A stretch of DNA of 64,000 bases from an uncultured Collinsella sp. GTDB lineage: Bacteria; Actinomycetota; Coriobacteriia; Coriobacteriales; Coriobacteriaceae. The stretch covers positions 5,204-69,203 of the forward strand of contig CABUIY010000007.1 in assembly GCA_902491765.1 (NCBI GenBank), given 5' to 3'. Each line of letters starts with the position of its first letter. The first letter of the stretch is position 1. The notes under the pieces are model-generated. The model was given only the letters and a program-made list of their open reading frames with translations. It ran no database searches and was not told where the DNA came from. Made by a program: the position numbers and the translations under genes. Positions 8,142 to 19,047 of this stretch are shown here, one piece after another.

Positions 8142-10091
8142 CTAGAGGGCGCAGGCAACCTTGTAGCCATCGCCGATGGCATCGCGGATGTTGCCACACT
8201 TCTGGGCATCGCCTAGCACGTGGACAGCAACACCGGCAGCGGCAAGGTCGTCGACCAGCTTGGTATTGGGACGATAGCCCATGGCAAGCACCAGCGTATC
8301 GGCATCGGTGATGGTGTGGACCTCGCCATCCTTCTCGTAGCTGATGGTGTCCTCGGTGATCTCGGTCACCTTGGCCTCGGTCAGAACATGGACGCCCTTG
8401 GAGAGCATGCGCGTGATGAGCACCGCGCGACCGGCACCGCCCTCGTTGGCAGCGAGCGTCTTGGTCATCTCGATGACGGTCACATCGCGATTGGCCGGCG
8501 ACAGGTCGTTGACCAGCGGGGCCAGGTAATCGGCCGTCTCGCAGCCAACGGTACCGCCGCCCACGATGACGATCTTCTTGCCCGGGAAAGCCTTGCCGCT
8601 CAGCAGGTCGTCAGCCGTCATAACCTGCTTAAAGCCCTGCATAAAGGCCGGGGCGATGGGCTCGGCGCCATAAGCCAGGACAACCTCGTAGCCGGCGTAG
8701 TCGCGCTGAATGTCCTCGGCAGTAAGCTCGGTGCTAAATACGCACTTCACGCCCGCCTCGGCCAGACGACGATACTGGTACTTGATCACGCGGGTGAGCT
8801 CCTGCTTTGCCGGCGGAACGGCCGCGATGCGCATCTCGCCACCCGGCTCATCCTGCTTGTCCACGAGCACCACGTTGTGACCGCGCTTGGCAGCAATATA
8901 GGCTGCCTCCATGCCCGCGGGACCGGCGCCCACAACCAGTACGTTCTTGGCCTCGGCGGCAGGCTCGTAGCCGGCCTCGTCGCGCTCCACGTCCGGGTTG
9001 ACGGTGCAGGAAATGCGCTTGCCAAACATGATGCCGTTCAGGCAGCGCAGGCAGCCGATGCAGGGGCGGATGTCGTCGGCGTTGCCGGCAGCGGCCTTGT
9101 TGCAGAACTCGGCATCACACAGATTGGCGCGGCCCATCATGCAGATGTCGGCAGCGCCGTCCTCGATCAGCTCCTCGGCAATCCAGGCCTCGTTGATACG
9201 GCCGACGGTGGCGACGGGAATGTTGACGTGCTTTTTGATCTCGCGCGAGCAGGCGGCGTGCGAGGCCTGCTGGGTACCGGCGGCGGGAATCGCAGAGCCG
9301 CGCTTAATGGTGGTGCCGCCCGAGACATGAATCATGTCGACGCCGGCCTTCTCCAGGCGACGCGAGACGTAGATCATGTCGTTGAGGGTCAGACCGCCGT
9401 CGGTGTACTCATCGCCCGAGATGCGGACGTCGATGATAAAGTCCTTGCCGCAGCGCTCGCGAATCTCGGCGATGACCTCGAGCAGGAAGCGCATGCGGGC
9501 GTCGAGCGAGCCGCCGTACTCATCGGTGCGCTTGTTGTAGAGCGGAGTCAAAAAGCCGCCGAGCATACCGTGGGCGTGCGCCGCATGGACTTCGACGCCG
9601 TCGACGCCAGCCTTCTGCATACGCACGGCAGTGTCGCCAAACTGATGCGTGAGCTCGTGGATTTCATCGACCGTGATAGGACGCGGCGCCTCGCGGGCAT
9701 AGGACGGGCCCACAAAGGACGGAGCGATCAGGCGCGGCGTGCCCGGAATGTTAAAGGCCATGTAGGCGGGGTGGAAGAGCTGCGGCATGATCTTGCAGCC
9801 GTACTCGTGGACGGCTGCGGCGAGCTTTTCCCAGCCGGGGATAAACGTGTCGTCGTAGCAGCACATGTCACCCGGCAGATAGGTATAGGTGGGCTCGACC
9901 GTCACGACCTCGGTGATGATGAGGCCCACACCACCCTTGGCGCGGGCGCGGTAGTGGTCGACCAAGTCGTCGGTCACATAGCCATGATCGGCCAGGTTCG
10001 TGGATACCGGCGGCATAAAGACGCGGTTCTTGACCTCGTTCGTACCGACCTTGATCGGGCTAAAGAGCATCGGATAGGCGGAAGACTCCAT
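8142..10091 (-). CDS. Old-yellow-enzyme-like NADH:flavin oxidoreductase fused to an FAD/NAD(P)-binding domain (2,4-dienoyl-CoA / enoate reductase family)
   Basis: The N-terminus (MLFSPIKVGTNEVKNRVFMPP...GGVGLIITE) is OYE-like. A Cys cluster reads CIGCLRCLNG. The dinucleotide motifs VLVVGAGPAGMEAA and IVIVGGGTVGCE are present. The start is at MESSAYP (ATG 10089-10091, RBS AAAGGAA). Confidence 0.9.
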   Translation of the reverse strand: MESSAYPMLFSPIKVGTNEVKNRVFMPPVSTNLADHGYVTDDLVDHYRARAKGGVGLIITEVVTVEPTYTYLPGDMCCYDDTFIPGWEKLAAAVHEYGCKIMPQLFHPAYMAFNIPGTPRLIAPSFVGPSYAREAPRPITVDEIHELTHQFGDTAVRMQKAGVDGVEVHAAHAHGMLGGFLTPLYNKRTDEYGGSLDARMRFLLEVIAEIRERCGKDFIIDVRISGDEYTDGGLTLNDMIYVSRRLEKAGVDMIHVSGGTTIKRGSAIPAAGTQQASHAACSREIKKHVNIPVATVGRINEAWIAEELIEDGAADICMMGRANLCDAEFCNKAAAGNADDIRPCIGCLRCLNGIMFGKRISCTVNPDVERDEAGYEPAAEAKNVLVVGAGPAGMEAAYIAAKRGHNVVLVDKQDEPGGEMRIAAVPPAKQELTRVIKYQYRRLAEAGVKCVFSTELTAEDIQRDYAGYEVVLAYGAEPIAPAFMQGFKQVMTADDLLSGKAFPGKKIVIVGGGTVGCETADYLAPLVNDLSPANRDVTVIEMTKTLAANEGGAGRAVLITRMLSKGVHVLTEAKVTEITEDTISYEKDGEVHTITDADTLVLAMGYRPNTKLVDDLAAAGVAVHVLGDAQKCGNIRDAIGDGYKVACAL

Positions 10092-10204
10092 ACAGGGTTC
10101 CTTTCGTTTAAGCCGCTCGGCGGCAGTTGCTAACACACCTATCGTATCAGCAACCGCCGCATTCGCACTCGCTCGCACTCTCCACCTTCAATCCCGACCC
10201 TCAC

Positions 10205-10275
10205 AAAAAAGTTGCGGTGGAATACGGAGTAGATAAGGCCTTTGACAGCCAAAACAGTCCGTATTCCACTGCAAC
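10205..10275 (-). terminator. Long-stem rho-independent terminator of kdpFABC
   Basis: GTTGCGGTGGAATACGGA (10211-10228) pairs with TCCGTATTCCACTGCAAC (10258-10275), with 1 mismatch. On the minus strand it is followed by TTTTTT. Confidence 0.75.
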
Positions 10276-10339
10276 TGATGGGCGGGGTGGAATTAAGGGC
10301 TCGGATAGTCAGTCATGCCCTCATCCGCCACTCCCTCAC

Positions 10340-10930
10340 CTACAGCGCGCCGTCCAGCATAAGGTTCACCTTGAGCACGTTGACCGTAGGCTCGCCGAAG
10401 ACGCCCAGGAATCGGCCCTTGGTGCACTGGGCGATGATCTCGCGAACCTCGCCTTCGCTCTTGCCCGTGGCCTTCGCCAGGCGCGGTACCTGGTACTCGG
10501 CGGCATCGGGGGAGATCTCCGGGTCGAGGCCGGACCCCGAACACGTCACCAGGTCGACGGGCACAGCGTCCATATCGGCATCGGGGTTAGCGGCGCGGAT
10601 CTTCTCGACGCGCGCGTCCACAAGCTGCCGATACTCCTCACTCGCCGGGGATAGGTTGGACGGGGTACCATACGCCATGAGTTCGCCGTCTTCGCCTTTG
10701 ACAATTGACACGTTCTGGATACGACCCCACATGTGGGCTTCGTCATCGAAGTTCTGGCCGATGAGCTCGGAACCCACAACCTTGCCGTCGACCGTAATGA
10801 GTGAACCGTTCGCCTGATACGGGAACGCAACCTGGGCGATGCCGGTCACGACGAGCGTATAGCCCAGGCCGCAGACAACGGTAAACAGCGCGAACACGCC
10901 CAGTGCGCGCGATGCAACACCTTTGAACAT
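10340..10930 (-). CDS. kdpC: K+-transporting ATPase subunit C
   Basis: Single N-terminal TM helix, then KdpC motifs (SGSGLDPEISP, QVPRLAKA). It is the last gene of the kdp operon. The ATG at 10928-10930 follows GGAGG. Confidence 0.9.
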   Translation of the reverse strand: MFKGVASRALGVFALFTVVCGLGYTLVVTGIAQVAFPYQANGSLITVDGKVVGSELIGQNFDDEAHMWGRIQNVSIVKGEDGELMAYGTPSNLSPASEEYRQLVDARVEKIRAANPDADMDAVPVDLVTCSGSGLDPEISPDAAEYQVPRLAKATGKSEGEVREIIAQCTKGRFLGVFGEPTVNVLKVNLMLDGAL

Positions 10931-10942
10931 ACAAACCTCCAC

Positions 10943-12997
10943 TTACATAATGCCGCAGAACGCGAGCAGCATGTCGATGAGCTTGATAAATGCGAACGGG
11001 GCAACGATGCCGCCCAGACCCCATACGAGCAGGTTGTGGGTCAGCAGCTGTCCGGACGGTACCTCGCGGTACTTAACGCCCTTCAGCGCGGCCGGGATCA
11101 GCGCGACGATAACGAGCGCGTTATAGATGATGGCCGAAAGAACCGCGGACAGCGGGCTTGCCAGACCGAGGATGTTGAGCGCGCCAAGGCCCGGGTAGAT
11201 CGGCGAGAACAGGGCCGGGATGATAGCGAAGTACTTCGCCATGTCGTTGGCGACCGAGAAGGTCGTAAGCGAACCGCGGGTCATGAGCAGCTGCTTGCCG
11301 ATACGCACGACCTCGATGAGCTTGGTGGGGCTGGAGTCGAGGTCGACCATGTTGCCGGCCTCCTTGGCAGCCTGGGTGCCCGTGTTCATGGCCACGGCGA
11401 CATCCGCCTGCGCCAGCGCCGGCGCGTCGTTGGTGCCGTCGCCGGTCATGGCGACCAGGTGGCCCTCACGCTGGAACTCGCGGATCTTCTCGAGCTTGCC
11501 CTCAGGGGTGGCCTCGGCTAGGAAGTCGTCAACGCCGGCCTCGGCGGCGATTGCCGCGGCGGTGAGCGGGTTGTCGCCCGTCACCATGATGGTCTTGATG
11601 CCCATCTTGCGCAGGTCGGCGAACTTCTCCTTAACGCCGGACTTGATGATGTCCTTGAGGTACACAACGCCCAGCACGCGGCAGTTCTTGGTCACGACCA
11701 GCGGGGTGCCGCCGGCCTTGGCGATGCGCTCGACGGCCTCGTCGCACTCCTGGGAGAACACGCCGCCGGCTGCCTCCACATAGGTGCGCACGGAATCGGC
11801 AGCGCCCTTGCGGATCTCATTGCCCTCGTAGTTTACACCGGACATGCGGGTCGCCGCGGTGAAGGGGATGAACTCCATACCCTTATCCTCGAGTGCGCGG
11901 CCGCGCAGACCGAACTGCTCCTTGGCGAGCACGACGATGGAACGGCCTTCGGGGGTCTCGTCGGCCAGCGAGGAAAGCTGGGCGGCATCGGCCAGCTCCG
12001 CGGGATCGATGCCGTCGACCGGGATGAACTCGGCGGCTTGGCGGTTACCCAGGGTGATGGTGCCGGTCTTGTCGAGCATGAGGATGTCGACGTCGCCGGC
12101 GGCCTCGATGGCGCGGCCGGACATGGCCAGCACGTTGGCCTCGTTCAGACGGCTCATGCCGGCGATGCCGATGGCGGAAAGAAGGGCGCCGATGGTAGTA
12201 GGAGCCAGGCACACGAGCAGCGCCACGAGCGTGGTCACGGCCGTGGGGTTGTCCATGTCGTTAAGACCGACCGAGAAGCAGGAGTAACAATACAGGGCCA
12301 GCGTGACCAGGATAAAGACGATGGAGAGGGCCACCAGGAAGATCTCCAGAGCGATCTCGTTAGGGGTCTTCTTGCGCGCGGCACCCTCGACCATCGCGAT
12401 CATCTTGTCCAGGAAGCTCTGGCCGGGCTCACTGGAGATCTTGACGATGATCCAGTCGGACAGCACCGTGGTACCGCCGGTAACGGCGGAGCGGTCGCCG
12501 CCGGCCTCGCGGACCACGGGGGCGGACTCGCCGGTGATGGCGGACTCGTCAACGGAAGCAGCGCCCTCGATGACGTCGCCGTCGCCGGGAATCTGCTCGC
12601 CGGCGCGTACGATCACCAGGTCGCCGCGCGTGAGCTCGGTGCCGGGAACGACGGTGAAGTGCTCCTTGTCCTCAACGGACTCGATGCGATGGGCCTCGAC
12701 ATCCTTCTTGGCCGCACGCAGAGAATCGGCCTGGGCCTTACCGCGGCCCTCGGCAAGCGCCTCGGCGAAGTTCGAGAACAGGTCGGTGAGCCACAGGATG
12801 ACCGCGATGGCGACCACATAGTAAGTGGGCACACCCGCGTCCTGCACACCGAAGATGGAAGCGACGGCCAGGACGGAGGTCATGACGGCGGAAAGCCACA
12901 CCAGGAACATGACCGGGTTTTGAATCTGGACGCGAGGATCCAGCTTGGCAAACGAGTCGCGGACCGCGCGGCCCATCATGTCTTTTTGCATAGTCAT
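10943..12997 (-). CDS. kdpB: K+-transporting P-type ATPase subunit B
   Basis: P-type motifs are present: [36 protein letters not shown]. The start is at MTMQKD after GGAGGG. Confidence 0.95.
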   Translation of the reverse strand: MTMQKDMMGRAVRDSFAKLDPRVQIQNPVMFLVWLSAVMTSVLAVASIFGVQDAGVPTYYVVAIAVILWLTDLFSNFAEALAEGRGKAQADSLRAAKKDVEAHRIESVEDKEHFTVVPGTELTRGDLVIVRAGEQIPGDGDVIEGAASVDESAITGESAPVVREAGGDRSAVTGGTTVLSDWIIVKISSEPGQSFLDKMIAMVEGAARKKTPNEIALEIFLVALSIVFILVTLALYCYSCFSVGLNDMDNPTAVTTLVALLVCLAPTTIGALLSAIGIAGMSRLNEANVLAMSGRAIEAAGDVDILMLDKTGTITLGNRQAAEFIPVDGIDPAELADAAQLSSLADETPEGRSIVVLAKEQFGLRGRALEDKGMEFIPFTAATRMSGVNYEGNEIRKGAADSVRTYVEAAGGVFSQECDEAVERIAKAGGTPLVVTKNCRVLGVVYLKDIIKSGVKEKFADLRKMGIKTIMVTGDNPLTAAAIAAEAGVDDFLAEATPEGKLEKIREFQREGHLVAMTGDGTNDAPALAQADVAVAMNTGTQAAKEAGNMVDLDSSPTKLIEVVRIGKQLLMTRGSLTTFSVANDMAKYFAIIPALFSPIYPGLGALNILGLASPLSAVLSAIIYNALVIVALIPAALKGVKYREVPSGQLLTHNLLVWGLGGIVAPFAFIKLIDMLLAFCGIM

Positions 12998-13013
12998 AAA
13001 TCTGCGCCCTCCT

Positions 13014-14837
13014 TTACGCAATCATCTGGAAGAACTCGGCAACGGGGCCAAGCGCCAGGGCCGGGAAGAAGCTCAGGGCACCGATCAGCAGAACGATGAA
13101 CACGAGCAGGAATACGAACATGCCGTTGGTGGTAGACAGGGTACCGGCGCTCTCGGCGACCTTACCCTTCTTGGCCAGCGAGCCGGCGATAGCCAGCGTA
13201 CCGATGATGGGCATGAAGCGGGCGAACAGCATCTCGAGGCCGAGCATGACGTTGATCCAGGGAATGTTGCAGTTCATGCCTGCAAACGCCGAGCCGTTGT
13301 TGCCGCCGCATGAGGTGAAGGCATACAGCACCTCGGAGAAGCCGTGCGCGCCACCATTGTTGAGCTGGTCGGCAAGACCGGGCACCATGCAGGCGATGGC
13401 CGAGCACACCAGAATGGCAAACGGAGTTGCCAGACACAGGACGACTGCCCAGCGCATCTCGCCCGGCTCGATCTTCTTGCCCAGGAACTCGGGCGTGCGG
13501 CCGACCATGAGGCCGGCGATGAACACCGTGAGGATGGAGAAGCCGATCATGCCGTACAGGCCGCAGCCCACGCCGCCGAAGACGACCTCACCCAGAGCCA
13601 TCTGGAGCATCTGGACAAAACCGCCGAGTGGGGTGTAGGAGTCGTGCATGGAGTTAACCGAGCCGTTGGAAGCGGCGGTGGTGTAAGCCGACCACGTGGA
13701 GGAGGTGGCGATACCGAAGCGGCTCTCCTTGCCCTCCATGTTGCCGCCCGCCTGGCCGTCGGTCATCTCGATATTGACCGCTCCGCCATCGGCCAGCTGC
13801 GGGGTGCCCGCATGCTCGTTGACGGCGATGATGCCGGTGAAGATCACCAGCAGGATAAACATGGCGGCAAAGATAGCCTTGCCCTGCTTGGTGTTCTTGA
13901 CGCCGATACCGAAGGTGAAGCAGCAGGCGACCGGAATCAGCAGCAAGCTGGTCATCTCGATGATGTTGGTGAAGGCACTGGGGTTCTCATACGGATGGGC
14001 GGAGTTCACGCCGAAGAAGCCGCCGCCGTTGGTGCCGGACTGCTTGATGGCAACCTGAGGAGCCGCGGGACCCTGGGGCAGGAACTGCTCGGTGACCACG
14101 CGCGCGCCCTCGACAACCTTGCCGTCGACCTTGACCGTGTCGCCCTCGATCTGGGCGCCGTCGATGACGCTCCAGCCGCCGTCTGCATTAGGCTGGACAG
14201 CGACGGGCTCTACGAGCTCAGCCTTCTGAGCCGGCTGGAAGTTGGAGATGACGCCACCGGCAGCCAGGCAGATGCCGAACACGAGGTTCAGCGGGATGAG
14301 CACATACAGGACGGTGCGGGTGAGGTCGACCCAGAAGGAACCCAGACCCTGCTCCTTGACCTGACGGAAGCCGCGGATCAGCGCGAACATGACCGCGATA
14401 CCGGTACCAGCGGAAACGAAGTTCTGCACGGTGAGGCCCATGAACTGCACGAAGTAGGACAGGGTGGTCTCACCGGAGTAGGACTGCCAGTTGGTGTTAG
14501 TTATGAAGGAAGCAGCCGTATTGAACGACAGGTCCCATGGCACACCCGGCAGGTGCTGGGGATTGCCTGGCAAGAAGGACTGAAGCGCCTGGAGTGCCAC
14601 AAGAGCCACGAGGCCGATCCCCGAAAAGACCAGCACGCTTGCCAGATAGCGCCTACACCCCATCTGCTCTGCCGCGTCGATGCGAAGCAGACGATAGACG
14701 CCACGCTCCACAGGAGCAATCACAGGCGACAGGAACGTATGCTCACCATCCATGATATGGGCCATGAACCGACCGAGCGGAACGGCCAGGACGACGAGCA
14801 CGGCAAAGTACAAGATGTACTGAATCGCAGCGTCCAT
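13014..14837 (-). CDS. kdpA: K+-transporting ATPase subunit A
   Basis: 607-aa polytopic protein with KdpA-type selectivity-filter repeats (NTNWQSY, GTNGGGF, SNGS, NNGSAF). Confidence 0.95.
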   Translation of the reverse strand: MDAAIQYILYFAVLVVLAVPLGRFMAHIMDGEHTFLSPVIAPVERGVYRLLRIDAAEQMGCRRYLASVLVFSGIGLVALVALQALQSFLPGNPQHLPGVPWDLSFNTAASFITNTNWQSYSGETTLSYFVQFMGLTVQNFVSAGTGIAVMFALIRGFRQVKEQGLGSFWVDLTRTVLYVLIPLNLVFGICLAAGGVISNFQPAQKAELVEPVAVQPNADGGWSVIDGAQIEGDTVKVDGKVVEGARVVTEQFLPQGPAAPQVAIKQSGTNGGGFFGVNSAHPYENPSAFTNIIEMTSLLLIPVACCFTFGIGVKNTKQGKAIFAAMFILLVIFTGIIAVNEHAGTPQLADGGAVNIEMTDGQAGGNMEGKESRFGIATSSTWSAYTTAASNGSVNSMHDSYTPLGGFVQMLQMALGEVVFGGVGCGLYGMIGFSILTVFIAGLMVGRTPEFLGKKIEPGEMRWAVVLCLATPFAILVCSAIACMVPGLADQLNNGGAHGFSEVLYAFTSCGGNNGSAFAGMNCNIPWINVMLGLEMLFARFMPIIGTLAIAGSLAKKGKVAESAGTLSTTNGMFVFLLVFIVLLIGALSFFPALALGPVAEFFQMIA

Positions 14838-14841
14838 AGTT

Positions 14842-14928
14842 TACGAATCACTCCTCATCAGAATGTAGATGTAATAGATAAGAAGTCCAATGCAGACGAC
14901 TCCGATGATGGGAATGAGGATGTCCATT
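14842..14928 (-). CDS. kdpF: K+-transporting ATPase small subunit F
   Basis: 28-aa hydrophobic ORF MDILIPIIGVVCIGLLIYYIYILMRSDS, found by hand because it is too short for the track. It ends 4 nt upstream of the kdpA start. Confidence 0.75.
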
Positions 14929-15171
14929 TACCGCCCCTTTCACACGCGGTCCGATGTCTCGGACGCCTGCCCTCGCAAGCGTCTGGGGACAGTAAACGCT
15001 TCTAGGGATTAAAGAGGCGTGAGGGCCGGGGCTCACGTCCTTAAGATGCCGTAAAGATGCAGGTAGAAAGCACTATTGCAGCTGCAGTGCGCCTATACTC
15101 GACCTCGCGAGCATACAGTGGTGTCTTCACCGCGTATGCACGCATGGACAACGCTTCAGAAAGGCTACGCT

Positions 15172-17907
15172 ATGCAGCGCGACGCATCGGACACTCGCGT
15201 CAATCCAGACCTCATCCTCAAGGCAATTGAGAAAGACGAGGTCGCCGATGACACTCGAACCAGCCGGGGACACCTCAAGATTTTCTTTGGCTACGCTGCT
15301 GGCACAGGCAAAACCTATGCGATGCTTCAAGCCGCCCACGCCGCCAAGCGGCGAGGTGTCGACGTCGTCGCGGGATACATCGAGCCGCACGAACGTCCGG
15401 CAACTGCCCATCTTGCACAAGGGCTTGAGAACGTGCCCTGTAAACTCATCGAGCACAACGGCATTGCGCTCAGCGAGTTCGATCTAGATGCGGCTATCGA
15501 ACGCGCCCCTCAGCTTATCCTTGTCGACGAGCTCGCCCATACGAATGCGCCGGGGTCTCGCCACGACAAACGCTATCAAGACGTCGAGGAACTTCTACAT
15601 GCGGGCATCGACGTCTATACGACCGTGAACGTTCAGCATATCGAGAGCCTAAACGACATGGTTGCATCCATCACCGGCGTTGTCGTGAGCGAACGAATCC
15701 CCGACCGTATCTTCGATGATGCCGACCAGGTCGAGCTCGTCGACATAGAGCCCGAAGACCTACTTGAGCGCCTTCGCGCCGGCCTCGTCTACCGTCCCGC
15801 ACAAGCCGACCGAGCGCAACAGCATTTTTTTACCGTCGAGAACCTCACCGCACTCCGAGAAATCGCGCTGCGCCGCTGCGCCGATCGCACCGGCCACCTC
15901 ACAGACGCCGCACGCGTGCTGGGAAACCGTGACTACTACACCAAGGAGCGTATCTTAGTCTGTGTCTCCCCGGCGCCGACCAATCCCCGCATCGTCCGCA
16001 CCGCCGCACGCATGGCGAAAGCGTTTCGCAGCGAGCTCGTCGCCCTGTTCGTAGAGAGCCCGCGCACGCAAGCCATGAGCGATGATGAGCGCGCCAAGCT
16101 TGCAGCCAATGTCGCCCTAGCCGAGCAGCTCGGGGCACATATGGAAACCGTCTATGGCGACGACGTCGCGTTTCAGATCTCCGAGTTCGCGCGCCTGTCG
16201 GGTATTTCGAAAATCGTCATGGGGCGCACGGGCGAGCGCAGCAGCGTCCGTCAGACCCTCTTCGGTCGCAAATCTCTCGTAGAACAGCTCATAACATTCG
16301 CCCCGAACCTCGACATTTACATCATTCCAGACCAGTCGACTCCGCCCTCCCGGCCCAAAGGACGCCGCCGTGCGCTCGCCCTGCAGCCGCCCAGCAGCCG
16401 AAACGTGCTTCGCACGCTGGCCCTCTCTCTTGTCGCCACGGCGATCGGCACGGCTTTCCGCCATCTGGGATTTGCCGATTCCAGCATCATATCCCTCTAT
16501 ATCCTCACGGCCCTGCTGACCGCCGTCACCACGACGGGGCGTATCTGCACGTTCGTATCGAGCGTGCTCTCTGTAGTGCTTTACAACTTCTGCTTCGTCA
16601 CGCCTCTGTTTTCGCTCGCCAGCTACGACCGAAGCTATCTGGTCACGTTCGGCATCATGTTCGCTACCGCTATGGTCGCCGGCGAGTTAACTGCGCGCAT
16701 CGCCGACAACGCCCGTACCTCCGCCGAGAACGCATTCAAAACGCGCGTACTCCTCGAAACGAACCAGCTCTTGCAGCAAGCCCATAGCGCGGAGGAGTGC
16801 GCCCGCGTCGCCATGAACCAACTCATCAAACTGCTAAAACTCGACGTGGTCTTCTACACCGCCGAACACGGCACGCTCGGCAAGGCGCTCTATGAGTCCG
16901 CTGGCACCGAAAACCGATCCGCGTCGCTGCTCACCGACTACGAGCGCGCCGTTGCAACCTGGACCTACACCAACAACAAGCGCGCGGGCGCAAGCACGCG
17001 GACCCTGCCTGAGGCGCGCTGTCTCTACCTCGCGGTTCGCACCGGCGACAAGGTATTCGGTGTCATCGGCATCGCCCTGGAGGGGCGCGAGATCGAGGCC
17101 TTCGAGCATTCGATCGTCCTATCTATCGTAGGTGAATGCGCCTTGGCGCTCGAAAGCGACCGGGCGGCGCAAGAGCGCGAAGAGGCTGCGGTCTTGGCGA
17201 AAAACGAGCAGCTGCGCGCCAACCTTTTGCGCTCCATCGGCCACGATTTGAGGACACCCCTCACGGCTATATCCGGATCTGCGGCAATCCTTCGAAAGAG
17301 CGACGAGAAGCTCAGCCTCGAACAACGCTGCGATCTTGCCGATGCCATCTACGACGACTCCCTCTGGCTTATCGATACCGTGGAGAACCTCCTCGCCATC
17401 ACACGCGTCGAGGACGGCACCATTCGCCTCAACTTAACATCCGAGCTCATCGACGAGGTCATCGAGGCCGCCCTCAGCCATGTCGCCCAAGCATCGCATG
17501 GACGCGCCGTCACCATCGAGCACACTGACGACATCCTGCTGGTACGCATCGACGTCCATCTCATCATGCAGGTGCTTACGAATCTCATCATGAACGCCTT
17601 CAAATACACGCCCGAGGACTCGACTGTCACCATTAGCGCACGTCGCGAGGGTGCGTTCGTCGTGGTGGACGTCGCAGACGATGGACCGGGTGTGGCAGAC
17701 TGCGACAAGCCTCATATCTTTGAGCGTTTCTTCACCTCAAGCAATACGCGGCCCGTGGATTCGCGTCGAAGCATCGGCCTTGGGCTGTCGCTCTGCCGCT
17801 CCATCGTGGAGGCGCATGGCGGCGTCATCGAAGTTCGCGACAACCACCCCCATGGGGCCGTCTTCCGTTTTACCCTGCCTGCCGAGGAGATCGAGATTCA
17901 TGAATAA
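15172..17907 (+). CDS. kdpD: Sensor histidine kinase KdpD
   Basis: N-terminal KdpD domain with a P-loop (GYAAGTGKTYAM), a USP-like region, 4 TM helices, then HisKA (SIGHDLRTPLTAISG) and HATPase_c domains. It is divergent from kdpFABC. The start was set at MQRDASD (15172). Confidence 0.93.
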   Translation: MQRDASDTRVNPDLILKAIEKDEVADDTRTSRGHLKIFFGYAAGTGKTYAMLQAAHAAKRRGVDVVAGYIEPHERPATAHLAQGLENVPCKLIEHNGIALSEFDLDAAIERAPQLILVDELAHTNAPGSRHDKRYQDVEELLHAGIDVYTTVNVQHIESLNDMVASITGVVVSERIPDRIFDDADQVELVDIEPEDLLERLRAGLVYRPAQADRAQQHFFTVENLTALREIALRRCADRTGHLTDAARVLGNRDYYTKERILVCVSPAPTNPRIVRTAARMAKAFRSELVALFVESPRTQAMSDDERAKLAANVALAEQLGAHMETVYGDDVAFQISEFARLSGISKIVMGRTGERSSVRQTLFGRKSLVEQLITFAPNLDIYIIPDQSTPPSRPKGRRRALALQPPSSRNVLRTLALSLVATAIGTAFRHLGFADSSIISLYILTALLTAVTTTGRICTFVSSVLSVVLYNFCFVTPLFSLASYDRSYLVTFGIMFATAMVAGELTARIADNARTSAENAFKTRVLLETNQLLQQAHSAEECARVAMNQLIKLLKLDVVFYTAEHGTLGKALYESAGTENRSASLLTDYERAVATWTYTNNKRAGASTRTLPEARCLYLAVRTGDKVFGVIGIALEGREIEAFEHSIVLSIVGECALALESDRAAQEREEAAVLAKNEQLRANLLRSIGHDLRTPLTAISGSAAILRKSDEKLSLEQRCDLADAIYDDSLWLIDTVENLLAITRVEDGTIRLNLTSELIDEVIEAALSHVAQASHGRAVTIEHTDDILLVRIDVHLIMQVLTNLIMNAFKYTPEDSTVTISARREGAFVVVDVADDGPGVADCDKPHIFERFFTSSNTRPVDSRRSIGLGLSLCRSIVEAHGGVIEVRDNHPHGAVFRFTLPAEEIEIHE

Positions 17908-18604
17908 TACCGCTAAGCCACGCATCCTCCTGGTCGAAGATGACCTGACCGTTCAAAACCTCGTTTCGACCGCGCTTGACCTCCACGGCTACGTCGTGAG
18001 CAAGGTATGCAACGGCCAGGCCGCCATCATGGATGCGGTGTCGCACGGCCCCAGCCTCATCATGCTCGACCTCGGCCTTCCCGACATTGACGGTATCGAG
18101 GTCATCACGAAGATCCGAAGCTGGTCGGCAGTCCCCATTATCGTCATTTCGGCGCGCACCGAAGATTCCGACAAGATTGCAGCACTTGACGCAGGGGCAG
18201 ACGACTATCTCACCAAGCCCTTTTCTGTGGATGAGTTGCTCGCGCGCGTCCGTGCGAATTTGAGGCGCTCCTCGATGGCGTCGAGCGAGTCGACGGAAGC
18301 GAGCACGTTCGACAACGGTCCGCTGCATATCGACTACGCCGCGGGATACGCGACGAAAGACGGACGCGAGCTCTCGCTCACCCCAACCGAGTACAAATTG
18401 CTCGTCCTTCTGGCGAAAAACGTCGACAAGGTGCTCACCCACACCTTCATCACCCGCGAGATATGGGGCACGAGCTGGGACAGCGATCTGGCGAGCCTGC
18501 GCGTGTTCATGCGCACCCTGCGCAAGAAGATCGAGGCAGACCCCTCTCACCCCAAGATGATTCAGACGCACATGGGTGTCGGGTACCGCATGCAGCGTCT
18601 CTAG
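17900..18604 (+). CDS. kdpE: Response regulator KdpE (OmpR family)
   Basis: MNNTAKPRILLVEDD...LIMLDLGLPDIDG...KPF...winged helix. Its ATG overlaps the kdpD stop by 8 nt. The longer track ORF (17651) is an in-frame read-through of the kdpD 3' end. Confidence 0.93.
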   Translation: MNNTAKPRILLVEDDLTVQNLVSTALDLHGYVVSKVCNGQAAIMDAVSHGPSLIMLDLGLPDIDGIEVITKIRSWSAVPIIVISARTEDSDKIAALDAGADDYLTKPFSVDELLARVRANLRRSSMASSESTEASTFDNGPLHIDYAAGYATKDGRELSLTPTEYKLLVLLAKNVDKVLTHTFITREIWGTSWDSDLASLRVFMRTLRKKIEADPSHPKMIQTHMGVGYRMQRL

Positions 18605-18671
18605 CCCACCCCACAAAAAGTGAAAAGCGCCCCGCGAACGGATGCTCGCGAGGCGCTTAGATGTCTGGGCC

Positions 18672-18872
18672 TTACTTGATACCGCGACCCAAGTCTTCGG
18701 CGATTTTGTCCACGCCCTTAAGCGCGGCGCAGGTCTTTTTGTTGGAGCAATGCCCCGTGCAAACGCCACCCTGAGCGCAGTCGGCGCAGGCGCCCTTGCG
18801 GTAGATGCGCACGCATACCGCGACAAACGCAACACCGATAACAGCCAGTACAACAATATCGATAGGTGCCAT
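18672..18872 (-). CDS. FeoB-associated Cys-rich small membrane protein
   Basis: 66 aa with one N-terminal TM helix and then CADCAQGGVCTGHC...C. It lies directly downstream of feoB. Confidence 0.6.
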   Translation of the reverse strand: MAPIDIVVLAVIGVAFVAVCVRIYRKGACADCAQGGVCTGHCSNKKTCAALKGVDKIAEDLGRGIK

Positions 18873-18985
18873 AGCAAGCCTCCTCTAGTTAACCACCACT
18901 TACTTTACCCCATTCTCCACCTACCAAAAAGGGACAGGTTTATTTTGGTCGGTTTTATCTGCGGAAACGCCACATCTCCCCCACC

Positions 18986-19017
18986 AAAAAGCCCGAGTGT
19001 CGCTGAGACACCCGGGC
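18986..19017 (-). terminator. Hairpin with a T-run after feoB
   Basis: GCCCGAGTGTC / GACACCCGGGC stem. On the minus strand it is followed by TTTTT. Confidence 0.65.
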
Positions 19018-19047
19018 TCGTGGAAAGGGGTTAATCCTTATTCGGAC

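Noticed and set aside
8220-10133. Very long antisense ORFs opposite real genes. Examples are 8220-10133(+), 12038-13099(+), 13344-15005(+), 22701-24713(+), 31470-33977(+), 34121-35593(+), 41323-42654(+) and 50393-51925(+).
   Set aside because: These are typical shadow ORFs of GC-rich DNA. Their translations are Arg/Gly/Ala/His-rich and low in complexity with no recognisable motifs. The opposite strand encodes clear, full-length conserved proteins.
17651-18604. 317-aa version of KdpE.
   Set aside because: The N-terminal 83 residues are an alternative-frame reading of the kdpD 3' end. The canonical receiver domain begins at MNNTAKPRILLVEDD (17900), which overlaps the kdpD stop.
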